Position numbers and translations under genes: made by a program
In this document: positions 10,330 to 18,879 of the stretch, piece after piece
Layout: every line of letters begins with the position of its first letter
Position numbering within the stretch: position 1 is the stretch's first letter
Notes under the pieces: generated by a model
The model's database searches: none
What the model was told of the DNA's origin: nothing
The model's input: the letters and a program-made list of their open reading frames with translations, nothing else
Origin: Caldivirga maquilingensis IC-167
Lineage (GTDB): Archaea; Thermoproteota; Thermoprotei; Thermoproteales; Thermocladiaceae
Assembly (NCBI RefSeq): GCF_000018305.1
Contig: NC_009954.1
Coordinates: 1,860,001 to 1,892,000, forward strand
Length of the DNA: 32,000 nucleotides
Direction of reading: 5' to 3'

Positions 10330-10444
10330 TACCGTACGTGGGCAGTAAATACATGATGCATTACATGAGGTGGAGATTTCTATTTGGGCTATTCGTGGAT
10401 AAGTATTAAAAATATTTATTTTAAAATTAATGATGAACCACCCA

Positions 10445-11926
10445 TCACTTAGGTGGTGGTAATCCAGCGAAGAAGGCTATTGAGGGACCAAGGGCTATGA
10501 AGATAATGATAATTAACGACACCACGTAAGCAATTATCATACGCCCTGCCTTTATCTCAGCGAGGGTTCTAAACCTGGTGACTAGTCCTATGGACATGAA
10601 GGTTAAGGCAAAGAAGAAGTACCTAAATAACTCAGTCTGTGGCGTTATACCACCCACCATAAACTTAGAAGCTACCACGGCACCCACAGTGAAGCCTACA
10701 CCCCATAGTATTAGCCACGTGCTTATATAACCCAGCACGAACTTCGGGAACCTAAACCAAATCATTATTGCCGGCACCTTCTGCCCTGGCTTCTTCTCAA
10801 CAATCATCAGCCATATCACGGCTAGTATGAATGCCCACAAGCCAATCCATATATCAATGAATACCTTAGTCATGACTGCTGTGTTCATAACCCACGTCTT
10901 ATAAACCGCAAGACCGGGTTGATTACTAATTAAGGCGTCAGCCAAAGCACCGCTTGCAGCAGCTGCACCATCAGTCTTGACACTCAACCCCATCCAGGCA
11001 CCGGCCGCGTAGGGAGCCCACTTAAGTATTGAAGCCGCAACGAAAGGTAGTATTACCAACTCTACTACCGCGAAGAGAACTATTATGGATGACACAGTGG
11101 CTGGAATGATTGATGGCGCACCTATTGCGGCTGCTGTTGCTATGGCTGCAGAAACACCGCATATGCTTACGCCTGAGGCCAATGTAGCTGCCCATTTATT
11201 GTCAAGTTTAAACAACTTATAAGAGAGGAAGTATGATATTGGCCAGTAAATTAAGTAAGCGGCAACTATCGCGATTAATGATCTCTCAACCAAAGTAATA
11301 GCTATTGTCATGTACCTAAGTGATGATGCACCAATCAATGCCCCAAGTAGCACGATGGCTGTTTTTATGTACCACTCAGTCCTAGCACCTGCCTCGAGAA
11401 CGGTAGGTAATTTCTTGTAAAAGATAACGTTTGATATAAACAAACCAATTAGGAGTAAGTATATCAATATGCCATCAGCACCCACGGGTATGGACCAGGT
11501 AATGTGAAGTTTTGCGTATTGATCAGGGGTTGCGTTGAAGTAGGCATAGCCGAAGAGCCATCAAAAGCCGAATGTTAGGATGAATAGTATCGTGAAACCA
11601 GCCGCAAACCTCTTCACATTATACTTCATTAACCAAGCGGCAAAAGTTAATATCGCCAATAGAAATATGCAGAAGAAGAACACGCTGAGTACAGGGTTAA
11701 GCCCTGGATAGGCCTTGGTCATGGTTAATGCCTGAGCGACAACTACTAGGCTCTTCGATGGGTCAAGCCAAGGCACAGCAACCCTGGGAACCCAACCCAG
11801 TAGATATATTTTATAATAGCCAGGTAGGGCTAGGAAGAATATCAATAGCCCTATCCAAAGAGCCCACCAATCTTCCTTCCTCCATAACGATGACCAATCA
11901 ATCTTTAACCGTTCCCCTTGACTCAT
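10445..11926 (-). pseudogene. YeiH/UPF0324-like polytopic membrane transporter interrupted by one in-frame TGA
   Basis: The 121-aa ORF (11561..11926) and the 346-aa ORF (10445..11485) share one frame. They are separated by TGA (11561-11563) plus 25 open codons (WLFGYAYFNATPDQYAKLHITWSIP). The protein is multi-TM throughout. 'ASGVSICGVSAAIATAAAIGA' matches the G-x-SICG-x-SA signature of the YeiH family as I recall it. Confidence 0.65.
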
Positions 11927-12937
11927 ATATTATCGCAACCTTCTCTTACAGGTCAAAATAAGTCTTATTATCCATAGTAACCGTTAATTATGTGAAATAA
12001 CCTTTTTAAATAAACCTTATCTCCCCATCAGTTGGCTTTAGTAACTTTTAAACTAAGATTTTTACCATGTGAATGTACCATTTATTTAAGGAATACATGT
12101 ATAAGTTCATTAATGAACCAGGTAGATGGGGAAGGACTAGATAATGTAAATACACTAAGTCATTATGGAAAATAATGCCAGGATTATACACATGAGTGTG
12201 AACATGGATATGGTGGACTCAGCCTATGCACCTAAGCCAATAACCCATCATCAGGCAGATTCACCACAAGGGAGGCTTTAGGGCTAGTTAGGGAGGTCAC
12301 TAGGGCCTTGAGGTTAAGGTATTCAATGTGGTTGAGCATACATTATCCTATGATGCCAATGATATAACGGGAATGTTAGTCACCACGCTAATAATAAACA
12401 CCACAACGGGTTTAGTGACTAGAATACCTTAAATAATCATAGTTAACCTATGCACCAAGAGGCAGAGACTTTGCTCAGGGAGGCCTTAAGAATAAGATAA
12501 CTGGGAGCGTGGATAACCTAGGTTCAGGATTTTACTCATATAGTCCTTTAATTCTCCTTAAATGAACCTCATTGAGGACTCTGTTAACGCATCAAAGCTA
12601 AATTGACCACTAACCCCTTAGACCAGTCGCCATAAAATAGTTGCGTTGAACTATCAATCAACACATGGTCATCATTTGTAGGATATGGTGAACAGGGTGA
12701 CTTATGATTCATGGATTGTCTTCGTACAGACTTGGTGATGCGGAATTCGTAAATGCTGTAGAAGGGGGTAATTCCTTGAGTTGGATTGAGTGGCACTATG
12801 ATTCTCACTGGTCTTAATAAATTCTAGCCGTATTAATTAGGTAATGCCGCAGTCTCTCTGGTTCATTGATTATTAGTATATTTAATGTACATTGGGTGGT
12901 TAATAAAGTATTATAAGGGCGTTACCTAAGCCTAACC

Positions 12938-14281
12938 GTGGCTTACTCTGAACGGGTTAAGGCACTTCTAGGGGGGATTGGGGAGTTTAGTAGGGTTAGG
13001 GTGCGTTTAAAGGATGGCTCGACACTGGAGGGTTTAATACTGCCTAGGCCTGAGGTGGGTGATCCTGATGTACTACTGGTGAAGCTTGAGAATGGTTACA
13101 ACGCCGGTATTCATGTTGATAAGATACAGGCAGTGGAGGTTCTAGGTAAATATGAGCCACCTAAGGTTGAGGTACCATCATACGGTACTGTGATGACTGT
13201 AAAGGGTACTGGGGGTAGGGTTAGGTTCGTGGCCACTGGGGGTACTATAATGTCTAGGGTTGATTACGTCACTGGGGCTGTTTACCCAAGCTTCAGTCTG
13301 GAGGATCTTTACTTAATGTACCCTGAGTTAAGGGGTTTAGCATCAATAGAGATGGTTAACTTAATGTCAATATTCAGTGAGGACATGACTCCAACCAGGT
13401 GGAGTATGATTGCTGAGGAGGCGTGTAGGGCCTTTAATGATGGTGTTGTTGGTGTTGTTGTCCTACATGGTACAGACACAATGCACTACACGGCCGCTGC
13501 ATTAGCCTTCGCCATTAAGTCAGCCCCAGGTCCAGTTGTTCTCGTGGGTGCCCAGAGGAGTAGTGATAGGCCTTCAAGCGACTCCTTTGAGAACCTTTAC
13601 GCAGCAACCCTAGTGGCTTCCCAGGCTAAATTCGCCGAGTCCGTGGTTGCGATGCATGATAACACCAGTGATGGTGTGGTGGCTGTTCATAGGGGTGTGA
13701 GGGTTAGGAAAATGCACACGTCCAGGAGGGATGCCTTCATATCGGTGAACCATGAACCAATAGCCAAGGTACTGACCAAGGAGGGTAAGTTAATAATGAA
13801 TACCAGTGACTATAAGGGGAGGGGGCGATTGGAGTGTAGTACTAGGTTTGATGATAAGGTGGCTTTAATCAAGTATTACCCAGGCATGAGTAGTGAATTA
13901 CTGGATTACCTGGTGGATAAGGGTTACCACGGCATAGTAATAGAGGGCACTGGTTTCGGTCACGTGGGGGAGTGGTTACTTAAGCCAATAGCTAGAGCCA
14001 TTGAATCAGGCATACCCGTGGTAATATCCAGTCAGACAATATTCGGTAGGGTTAACTTAAATGTGTATAGGAGGGGTGTGGAGTTGCTTAGGATTGGTGT
14101 AATACCAAGTGAGGACATGCATCCTGAAACCGCCTTCGTTAAATTATCATGGGTCTTAGCCAACTCCTCAAGGGATCTTAATGAGGTTAGGAGACTCATG
14201 CTTACGCCACTTGCCTATGAGATTAATCAAAGGACAAGACCCATGGATTACGTGGTTAAGCCAAGTGTGCCCAAGGATTAG
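12938..14281 (+). CDS. gatD: Glutamyl-tRNA(Gln) amidotransferase subunit D
   Basis: 447-aa ORF with a GTG start. GatD N-domain 'LVKLENGYNAGIHVD'. Asparaginase-type 'GGTIMSRVDYVTGAVYP' and 'HGTDTMHYTAAALAF'. Confidence 0.9.
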   Translation: MAYSERVKALLGGIGEFSRVRVRLKDGSTLEGLILPRPEVGDPDVLLVKLENGYNAGIHVDKIQAVEVLGKYEPPKVEVPSYGTVMTVKGTGGRVRFVATGGTIMSRVDYVTGAVYPSFSLEDLYLMYPELRGLASIEMVNLMSIFSEDMTPTRWSMIAEEACRAFNDGVVGVVVLHGTDTMHYTAAALAFAIKSAPGPVVLVGAQRSSDRPSSDSFENLYAATLVASQAKFAESVVAMHDNTSDGVVAVHRGVRVRKMHTSRRDAFISVNHEPIAKVLTKEGKLIMNTSDYKGRGRLECSTRFDDKVALIKYYPGMSSELLDYLVDKGYHGIVIEGTGFGHVGEWLLKPIARAIESGIPVVISSQTIFGRVNLNVYRRGVELLRIGVIPSEDMHPETAFVKLSWVLANSSRDLNEVRRLMLTPLAYEINQRTRPMDYVVKPSVPKD

Positions 14282-14284
14282 GCG

Positions 14285-14294
14285 TTTTTAAAAA
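14285..14294. promoter_or_regulatory. Palindromic T5A5 element (TTTTTAAAAA): TATA box for the downstream sRNA candidate and/or a bidirectional T-tract terminator
   Basis: A perfect 10-nt palindrome 4 nt after the gatD stop. Its centre is about 28 nt upstream of the C box at 14318. It reads as T5 on both strands between the convergent gatD and coxG-like genes. Confidence 0.35.
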
Positions 14295-14313
14295 GCCTAG
14301 AGTAGTGGTGTGG

Positions 14314-14373
14314 TTTAGTGATGTTTAAACCGCAGGCCACTGATTATTGATGAGGAACTTGGGCCTGATGAAA
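14314..14373 (+). ncRNA. Candidate box C/D sRNA (2'-O-methylation guide)
   Basis: Ordered motifs: C 'GTGATGT' 14318-14324 (last base deviates from RUGAUGA); 15-nt spacer; D' 'CTGA' 14340-14343; 4-nt loop; C' 'TGATGA' 14348-14353; 11-nt spacer; D 'CTGA' 14365-14368. The flanks TTTA/TGAA can form a short terminal stem. A TATA-like element lies about 28 nt upstream. The candidate sits in the gap between convergent genes. Confidence 0.5.
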
Positions 14374-14398
14374 TAGTAATAGCCTAGATTCAGTGTTA

Positions 14399-14863
14399 TT
14401 AACTAAGGCATTTTACTATACCATTAATCGTATCATTAGCTATCCTCTCCACCATTGAATCAATGTTAATGAACCTACCCATCATTTGAAGAAGCCTACC
14501 TAAACCCGCATCGGCGCTCCAATTAACCCTGGAACCACCATTATTGGGTTCAACGATTATGCTTAATGTGACTTCTATTGAACTACCAGCAGCCCTACCA
14601 TTCACCCTCAGCCTAATACTGCTTTCCGATGCCTCAGTAACCTCAATAACAGTATCTGATGTCACCCTCCTTAATTCAGCCACCGGTACTTCATCGCCTA
14701 GGTCAACCCTGAACCTAACCTTAGCCTTTGATTCACTAATTAACTCGTAGCTGGTGACGTTGGGGATGCACTTGATTACTAGGCTTAAATTAGATAAAGC
14801 CCCAGTGACCTCCCTGGGGGGTTTGGTTAAGTTGAATGAACCACTGTAATGTAGGTTAGCCAC
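14399..14863 (-). CDS. CoxG-like SRPBCC-fold protein (third gene of the glycerol operon)
   Basis: 154-aa ORF. The pattern 'G.F....P...V...L.N...V..CIPNV.S.E' and the C-terminal 'AGLGRLLQMMGRFINIDSMVERIANDTINGI' fit the CoxG (PF06240-type) profile as I recall it. Its GTG start at 14863 directly abuts the glpA TAG (14864-14866). Confidence 0.7.
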   Translation of the reverse strand: MANLHYSGSFNLTKPPREVTGALSNLSLVIKCIPNVTSYELISESKAKVRFRVDLGDEVPVAELRRVTSDTVIEVTEASESSIRLRVNGRAAGSSIEVTLSIIVEPNNGGSRVNWSADAGLGRLLQMMGRFINIDSMVERIANDTINGIVKCLS

Positions 14864-16201
14864 CTAGGACCACCCCATTAACCTCCTACTACTCCTAGTT
14901 ACCTCACTGACTAGTAGTGTTAAGGCAGCAACCCTACCCCTCTCCTCATCTATACTGCCCTTGAAGTCTAAGGCAAGGCTACGTAGTGGGTTATCCAGCT
15001 CCCTTAAGTCCTCGTAAAGATTAGCGCCGAATAATGGATGATTCCTAGTCATTGACCCCTTACTTGAACCCAATAGTCCACTGACCTCGTCACTAAGCCT
15101 CTCACCAACCAACCTGCCTGTGGTGAACTTTCCCCCTATTACTGATATTAGGTTACTTGGCTTCTCATGCTTAATAATAGCGAAGTCCCTGGCAGCTTCC
15201 CTTGCATTAACCCCAGGCATTTTAATTAATGGCCTAACTGAGGCATAGGCCCTAACCACATCAACCTTAGTCAGCATTGGAACCATTCTTGAACCCTCTG
15301 AGGTGAGGAAGTCAATGTCATCACTGGATATGGTTAAGTTATCCGGGTCATCAACTATGACTGCTGTTGTTCCTACTATTGATGATGAGGCGTAGGGTAG
15401 GAGTATATCGCCATCAGAGGGCATCCTCATCCTATTTATGACCCTTCCAGTTAATCTACGCCTATAAACAACCATAACACCCATTGTAGGCATCATATCA
15501 ACCTCAATGTTAGCCATCTTAACCACCTTATACGTCCATGGACCAGCAGTAACCGCAATAACCCTTGGCCTAATTCTCCTAATATCCCCAGTCACGTGAT
15601 CCTTAACCACAACCTCATCAATCATGCTACCACTTATGTTAAAGCCGACCACCTCAGCACCCTGAATTATTAAGGCACCTTCCCTATAAGCTGACGCAGC
15701 TACGCTGAATAATAGATCCTTAGCGAACACCACCTTATCTGGAACCTCAACCACAGCCTTCACCTCAGGGTTTAAGTTAGGCTCCTCCCTAAGTGCATCC
15801 CTAGGATCAACTTCCCTATAATCAATGTTAACGGCCCTTAACCCCTTAATGAACTGTTCCCTGTACTCCTCATCATCCTTATCCACAGCTACGTAATAAC
15901 CACCAGTATTCTCAACTGCATGGGGAGCTATGCTTGCTATTATCCTATTCTCCTCAGCACACTCCACGGCAGCCTTAGGGTCAGTGGCCACATACCTGGC
16001 TCCACTGTGGAGTAGGCCATGCATCCTGCCGCTTGCCCCACTACCGATGACATTCCTCTCCAGTAATACCACCTGGAAACCCCTTAATGATAAATCCAAG
16101 GCCGCAAATAATCCATTAACTCCACCACCAATCACAACTACATCTGGGTTTGGATTCGCCATTAAGTATTCCTTATAATTCACTTTTAAACGCTTTATCA
16201 A
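14864..16201 (-). CDS. glpA: FAD-dependent glycerol-3-phosphate dehydrogenase, short GlpA-type (no Cys-rich C-terminal domain)
   Basis: 445-aa ORF from TTG 16201; the likelier ATG at 16162 gives MANPNPDVVVIGGG.... FAD fold 'VVVIGGGVNGLFAALDLSLRG'. GlpA-type 'GRMHGLLHSGARY'. The last 80 or so residues contain no cysteine. Confidence 0.85.
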   Translation of the reverse strand: MIKRLKVNYKEYLMANPNPDVVVIGGGVNGLFAALDLSLRGFQVVLLERNVIGSGASGRMHGLLHSGARYVATDPKAAVECAEENRIIASIAPHAVENTGGYYVAVDKDDEEYREQFIKGLRAVNIDYREVDPRDALREEPNLNPEVKAVVEVPDKVVFAKDLLFSVAASAYREGALIIQGAEVVGFNISGSMIDEVVVKDHVTGDIRRIRPRVIAVTAGPWTYKVVKMANIEVDMMPTMGVMVVYRRRLTGRVINRMRMPSDGDILLPYASSSIVGTTAVIVDDPDNLTISSDDIDFLTSEGSRMVPMLTKVDVVRAYASVRPLIKMPGVNAREAARDFAIIKHEKPSNLISVIGGKFTTGRLVGERLSDEVSGLLGSSKGSMTRNHPLFGANLYEDLRELDNPLRSLALDFKGSIDEERGRVAALTLLVSEVTRSSRRLMGWS

Positions 16202-17800
16202 TTAACCAAGCCCATAAGCCCACGGTACCTCCTTAGCCCAGCCTAATGCCCTCTTAACCGCCGCCTTCCATCCATTGTAAAGCCTCTCCCTGGTTTCAGG
16301 ATCCATCCTTGGTTTAAAGACCTTATCAAGCCTCCAATTCTGCTTGATTTCCTCTAAATTATTCCAGAAGCCTACGGCTAATCCGGCCAGGTAACCGGCG
16401 CCTAGTGATGTTGTTTCAAAAATCACGGGCCTCCAAACCTCAATACCGGTAATATCGGCTTGGAACTGCATTAGGAAATTATCCTTAGCTGCACCACCAT
16501 CAACCTTAATCCTAGGTATCTTAACCCCAGTATCACTCATCATAGCCTCAAGCACATCCCTAGTCAAGTAGGCTATTGACTCGAGAATAGCCCTTGCAAT
16601 ATGCCTCCTCTCAGTACCACGGGTAATACCAATGATTAAACCCCTAGCGTACTGATCCCAGTATGGTGCACCTAAGCCGACGAATGCTGGTACGAAGTAA
16701 ACACCACCGGTGTCACTGGCACTGGCTGCAAGGGGCTCTATTTCATCAGAAACCTCAATGGCCTTAAGCCCATCCCTAAACCACTGCACTGCAGCACCAG
16801 TGATGAATACACTACCCTCAAGTGCGTATAATGCCTTCCCCTCCTCAAGTGAGTAGTAGACCGTGGTTAATAGATTCATCCTAGACTTCACTGGTTTATC
16901 ACCGGTATTCATTAGTATGAAGTTACCTGTACCGTAGGTTGACTTAACCTCACCGGTATCAAAACCCACCTGCCCGAATAAGGCCGCCTGCTGATCCCCA
17001 GCATCCCCACATACAGGTATGTTAACACCATTGAGTATTTGGGAAACTTCAGGGCCTGTGTACCCGTAGATGGCCTTATCGCTTGATGGCCTTGGTAACG
17101 GGAGTACATCCCTCGGTATCTTACCCTCAACCTCAAGTAATTCATTATCCCAGTCAAGTTTATGAATATTAAAGATCATGGTCCTAGACGCATTACTGTA
17201 ATCAATTACGTGAGCCCCACTCCTCTCAGGGGTGAGTACATCCTTACTACCCCTAGTTAGGTTCCAGATAATCCAAGTATCAATAGTCCCAAACACCACC
17301 TCACCCCTCCTAGCCCTATCCCTAAGCCCCGGCACATTATCCAGTAACCACCATATCTTAGTACCGGAGAAGTAGGCGTCAGGAACGAGACCTGTCCTCT
17401 CCTGAATCATGCCTAGGTAATTCTGCTTAAGGTAATCAACCATCTGTGACGTCCTCCTATCCTGCCAGACAATGGCATTGTAGACTGGTTGCCCATTCCT
17501 TGGATCCCAAATAACCGTGGTCTCCCTCTGATTAGTAACCCCAATTGCCGCTATCTCCCTAGGATTAATCCTAGTGTACTCGATCACCTCCTTAATGACT
17601 AGTTTAGTATTCCCCCAAATCTCCAATGGATTATGCTCAACCCACGCAGGCTTAGGGTATATTTGAGTGTGCTCACGGTATGAGTAACCGATTAACGAAC
17701 CATCGTGACTGAATAAGACTGCCCTAGTGCCTGTTGTCCCTTGATCTATGGCTAAGATGTAACTACCACTAACCATACCTGCATCATTAAGGTTAACCAC
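16202..17800 (-). CDS. glpK: Glycerol kinase
   Basis: 532-aa ORF. '[16 protein letters not shown]', '[13 protein letters not shown]', 'WQDRRT', '[10 protein letters not shown]', 'YGTGNF', '[18 protein letters not shown]'. The GTG at 17800 is only 4 nt from a TATA box, so the ATG at 17776 ([13 protein letters not shown]) is the more plausible start. Confidence 0.95.
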   Translation of the reverse strand: MVNLNDAGMVSGSYILAIDQGTTGTRAVLFSHDGSLIGYSYREHTQIYPKPAWVEHNPLEIWGNTKLVIKEVIEYTRINPREIAAIGVTNQRETTVIWDPRNGQPVYNAIVWQDRRTSQMVDYLKQNYLGMIQERTGLVPDAYFSGTKIWWLLDNVPGLRDRARRGEVVFGTIDTWIIWNLTRGSKDVLTPERSGAHVIDYSNASRTMIFNIHKLDWDNELLEVEGKIPRDVLPLPRPSSDKAIYGYTGPEVSQILNGVNIPVCGDAGDQQAALFGQVGFDTGEVKSTYGTGNFILMNTGDKPVKSRMNLLTTVYYSLEEGKALYALEGSVFITGAAVQWFRDGLKAIEVSDEIEPLAASASDTGGVYFVPAFVGLGAPYWDQYARGLIIGITRGTERRHIARAILESIAYLTRDVLEAMMSDTGVKIPRIKVDGGAAKDNFLMQFQADITGIEVWRPVIFETTSLGAGYLAGLAVGFWNNLEEIKQNWRLDKVFKPRMDPETRERLYNGWKAAVKRALGWAKEVPWAYGLG

Positions 17801-17803
17801 TCA

Positions 17804-17813
17804 TATTTAAATA
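17804..17813. promoter_or_regulatory. Palindromic TATA box (TATTTAAATA) in the 34-bp glpK / aminotransferase divergent spacer
   Basis: A perfect 10-nt palindrome. Its centre is about 27 nt from the plus-strand ATG at 17835 and about 32 nt from the minus-strand ATG at 17776. This spacing fits leaderless or near-leaderless archaeal transcripts in both directions. Confidence 0.5.
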
Positions 17814-17834
17814 CATACCATATGCATTACTAAT

Positions 17835-18848
17835 ATGGAGATAGGGCACTTTAAATGGTTAAGTGAACATAAGGTTGACTTAAACATTGCCAGCAGCGGT
17901 ATGATACCGGTTAGTAGGAGTGACGTGGAAAAGTTGGGTGAACCCACTGATATCATGGAGGCTCTGAGCAACATCTATAATGTATCCACTAAGGCTATTG
18001 CGTTAACCCATGGTACACAGGAGGGCAATTTCGCAGTCCTATCGGCAATTAAAGATGCTGTGGATCAGGTTATAACAGTGGTGCCTGAGTATGAGCCGAT
18101 TAGGGTTTTACCAAGTTTCCTTGGGCTTAGGCGAATTGAGGTTAAGGTGAATCACGGGTTAAGTGAATTAATCAACTATATTAAACCCAGGTCAGCTTTA
18201 TTCTTCTCCAATCCAAATAATCCACTGGGCATGCACTTAAGTAGGGGTGAGATTAGGGATCTTGCTGATGAGGCTAGGAGGAAGGGCTCATACTTAATCA
18301 TTGATTCAATATTCCTTGAATTCGTCACAAGTGATTTACGTGACCTACCCCTGGAGAATACCGCATACACCTTTAGTACCTCTAAATTCTACACTGTTGA
18401 TTCCTTTAAGGTTGGTTGGATTATTGGTGATGAGGAGCTTATTCGAAGAGCCGTTAACGTAATTAACCTAGTAAGCCCCCTGGTTATTGGACTTGAGGCA
18501 TCCTACGTCTCCATAATGCTCCAGAATAGGGATTGGTTTAGGAGAAGAAACCTAAGCATAATTTCACCTAATAGGGAATCATTAATGAGTATTAGTGAAT
18601 CATTAGGTAACTTAATTAAGGTAACTTACTTCAATCACATGCCCATAGCCTACGTAACCACTAAGTGCAATGTTGACAGTCTTGAATTAGCCAATGAATT
18701 ATTAAGAAGAGGAGTCTTAACTGTTCCAGGATTCTACTTCGGTATTAATAATGGAATTAGGATTGGCTTAGGCTCAGTTAACCACGACACATTCACTAAG
18801 GCGCTTAACGTAATGGTTAACGTGATTACGGGCTTATGCACCAGGTAA
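17835..18848 (+). CDS. PLP-dependent aminotransferase, class I/II fold (subfamily unassigned)
   Basis: 337-aa ORF. 'NPNNPLG', 'IIDSIFLEF', and the PLP-lysine motif 'FSTSKFYTVDSFKVGWIIG'. It is shorter than typical family members. Confidence 0.7.
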   Translation: MEIGHFKWLSEHKVDLNIASSGMIPVSRSDVEKLGEPTDIMEALSNIYNVSTKAIALTHGTQEGNFAVLSAIKDAVDQVITVVPEYEPIRVLPSFLGLRRIEVKVNHGLSELINYIKPRSALFFSNPNNPLGMHLSRGEIRDLADEARRKGSYLIIDSIFLEFVTSDLRDLPLENTAYTFSTSKFYTVDSFKVGWIIGDEELIRRAVNVINLVSPLVIGLEASYVSIMLQNRDWFRRRNLSIISPNRESLMSISESLGNLIKVTYFNHMPIAYVTTKCNVDSLELANELLRRGVLTVPGFYFGINNGIRIGLGSVNHDTFTKALNVMVNVITGLCTR

Positions 18849-18879
18849 CTTAAATTAACCTGAATTCAACCTAGGCTTA

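Noticed and set aside
11561-11563. The in-frame TGA as a selenocysteine or programmed recoding site.
   Set aside because: As far as I know, Crenarchaeota lack Sec machinery. I see no obvious stem-loop of SECIS type nearby. The window contains other plain nonsense and frameshift lesions, so mutation or sequencing error is the simpler reading.
12584-12808. A 74-aa minus-strand ORF in the 1-kb gap upstream of gatD.
   Set aside because: No motifs, no promoter-like context, and it is surrounded by broken frames. I treat it as chance or a relic, not as a gene.
16912-17157. An 81-aa same-strand alternative-frame ORF within glpK, and likewise 30802..31185 within MFS paralog B and 24375..24560 within the MFS pseudogene.
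   Set aside because: These are overlapping out-of-frame ORFs inside genes with strong homology in the main frame. There is no independent evidence for them.
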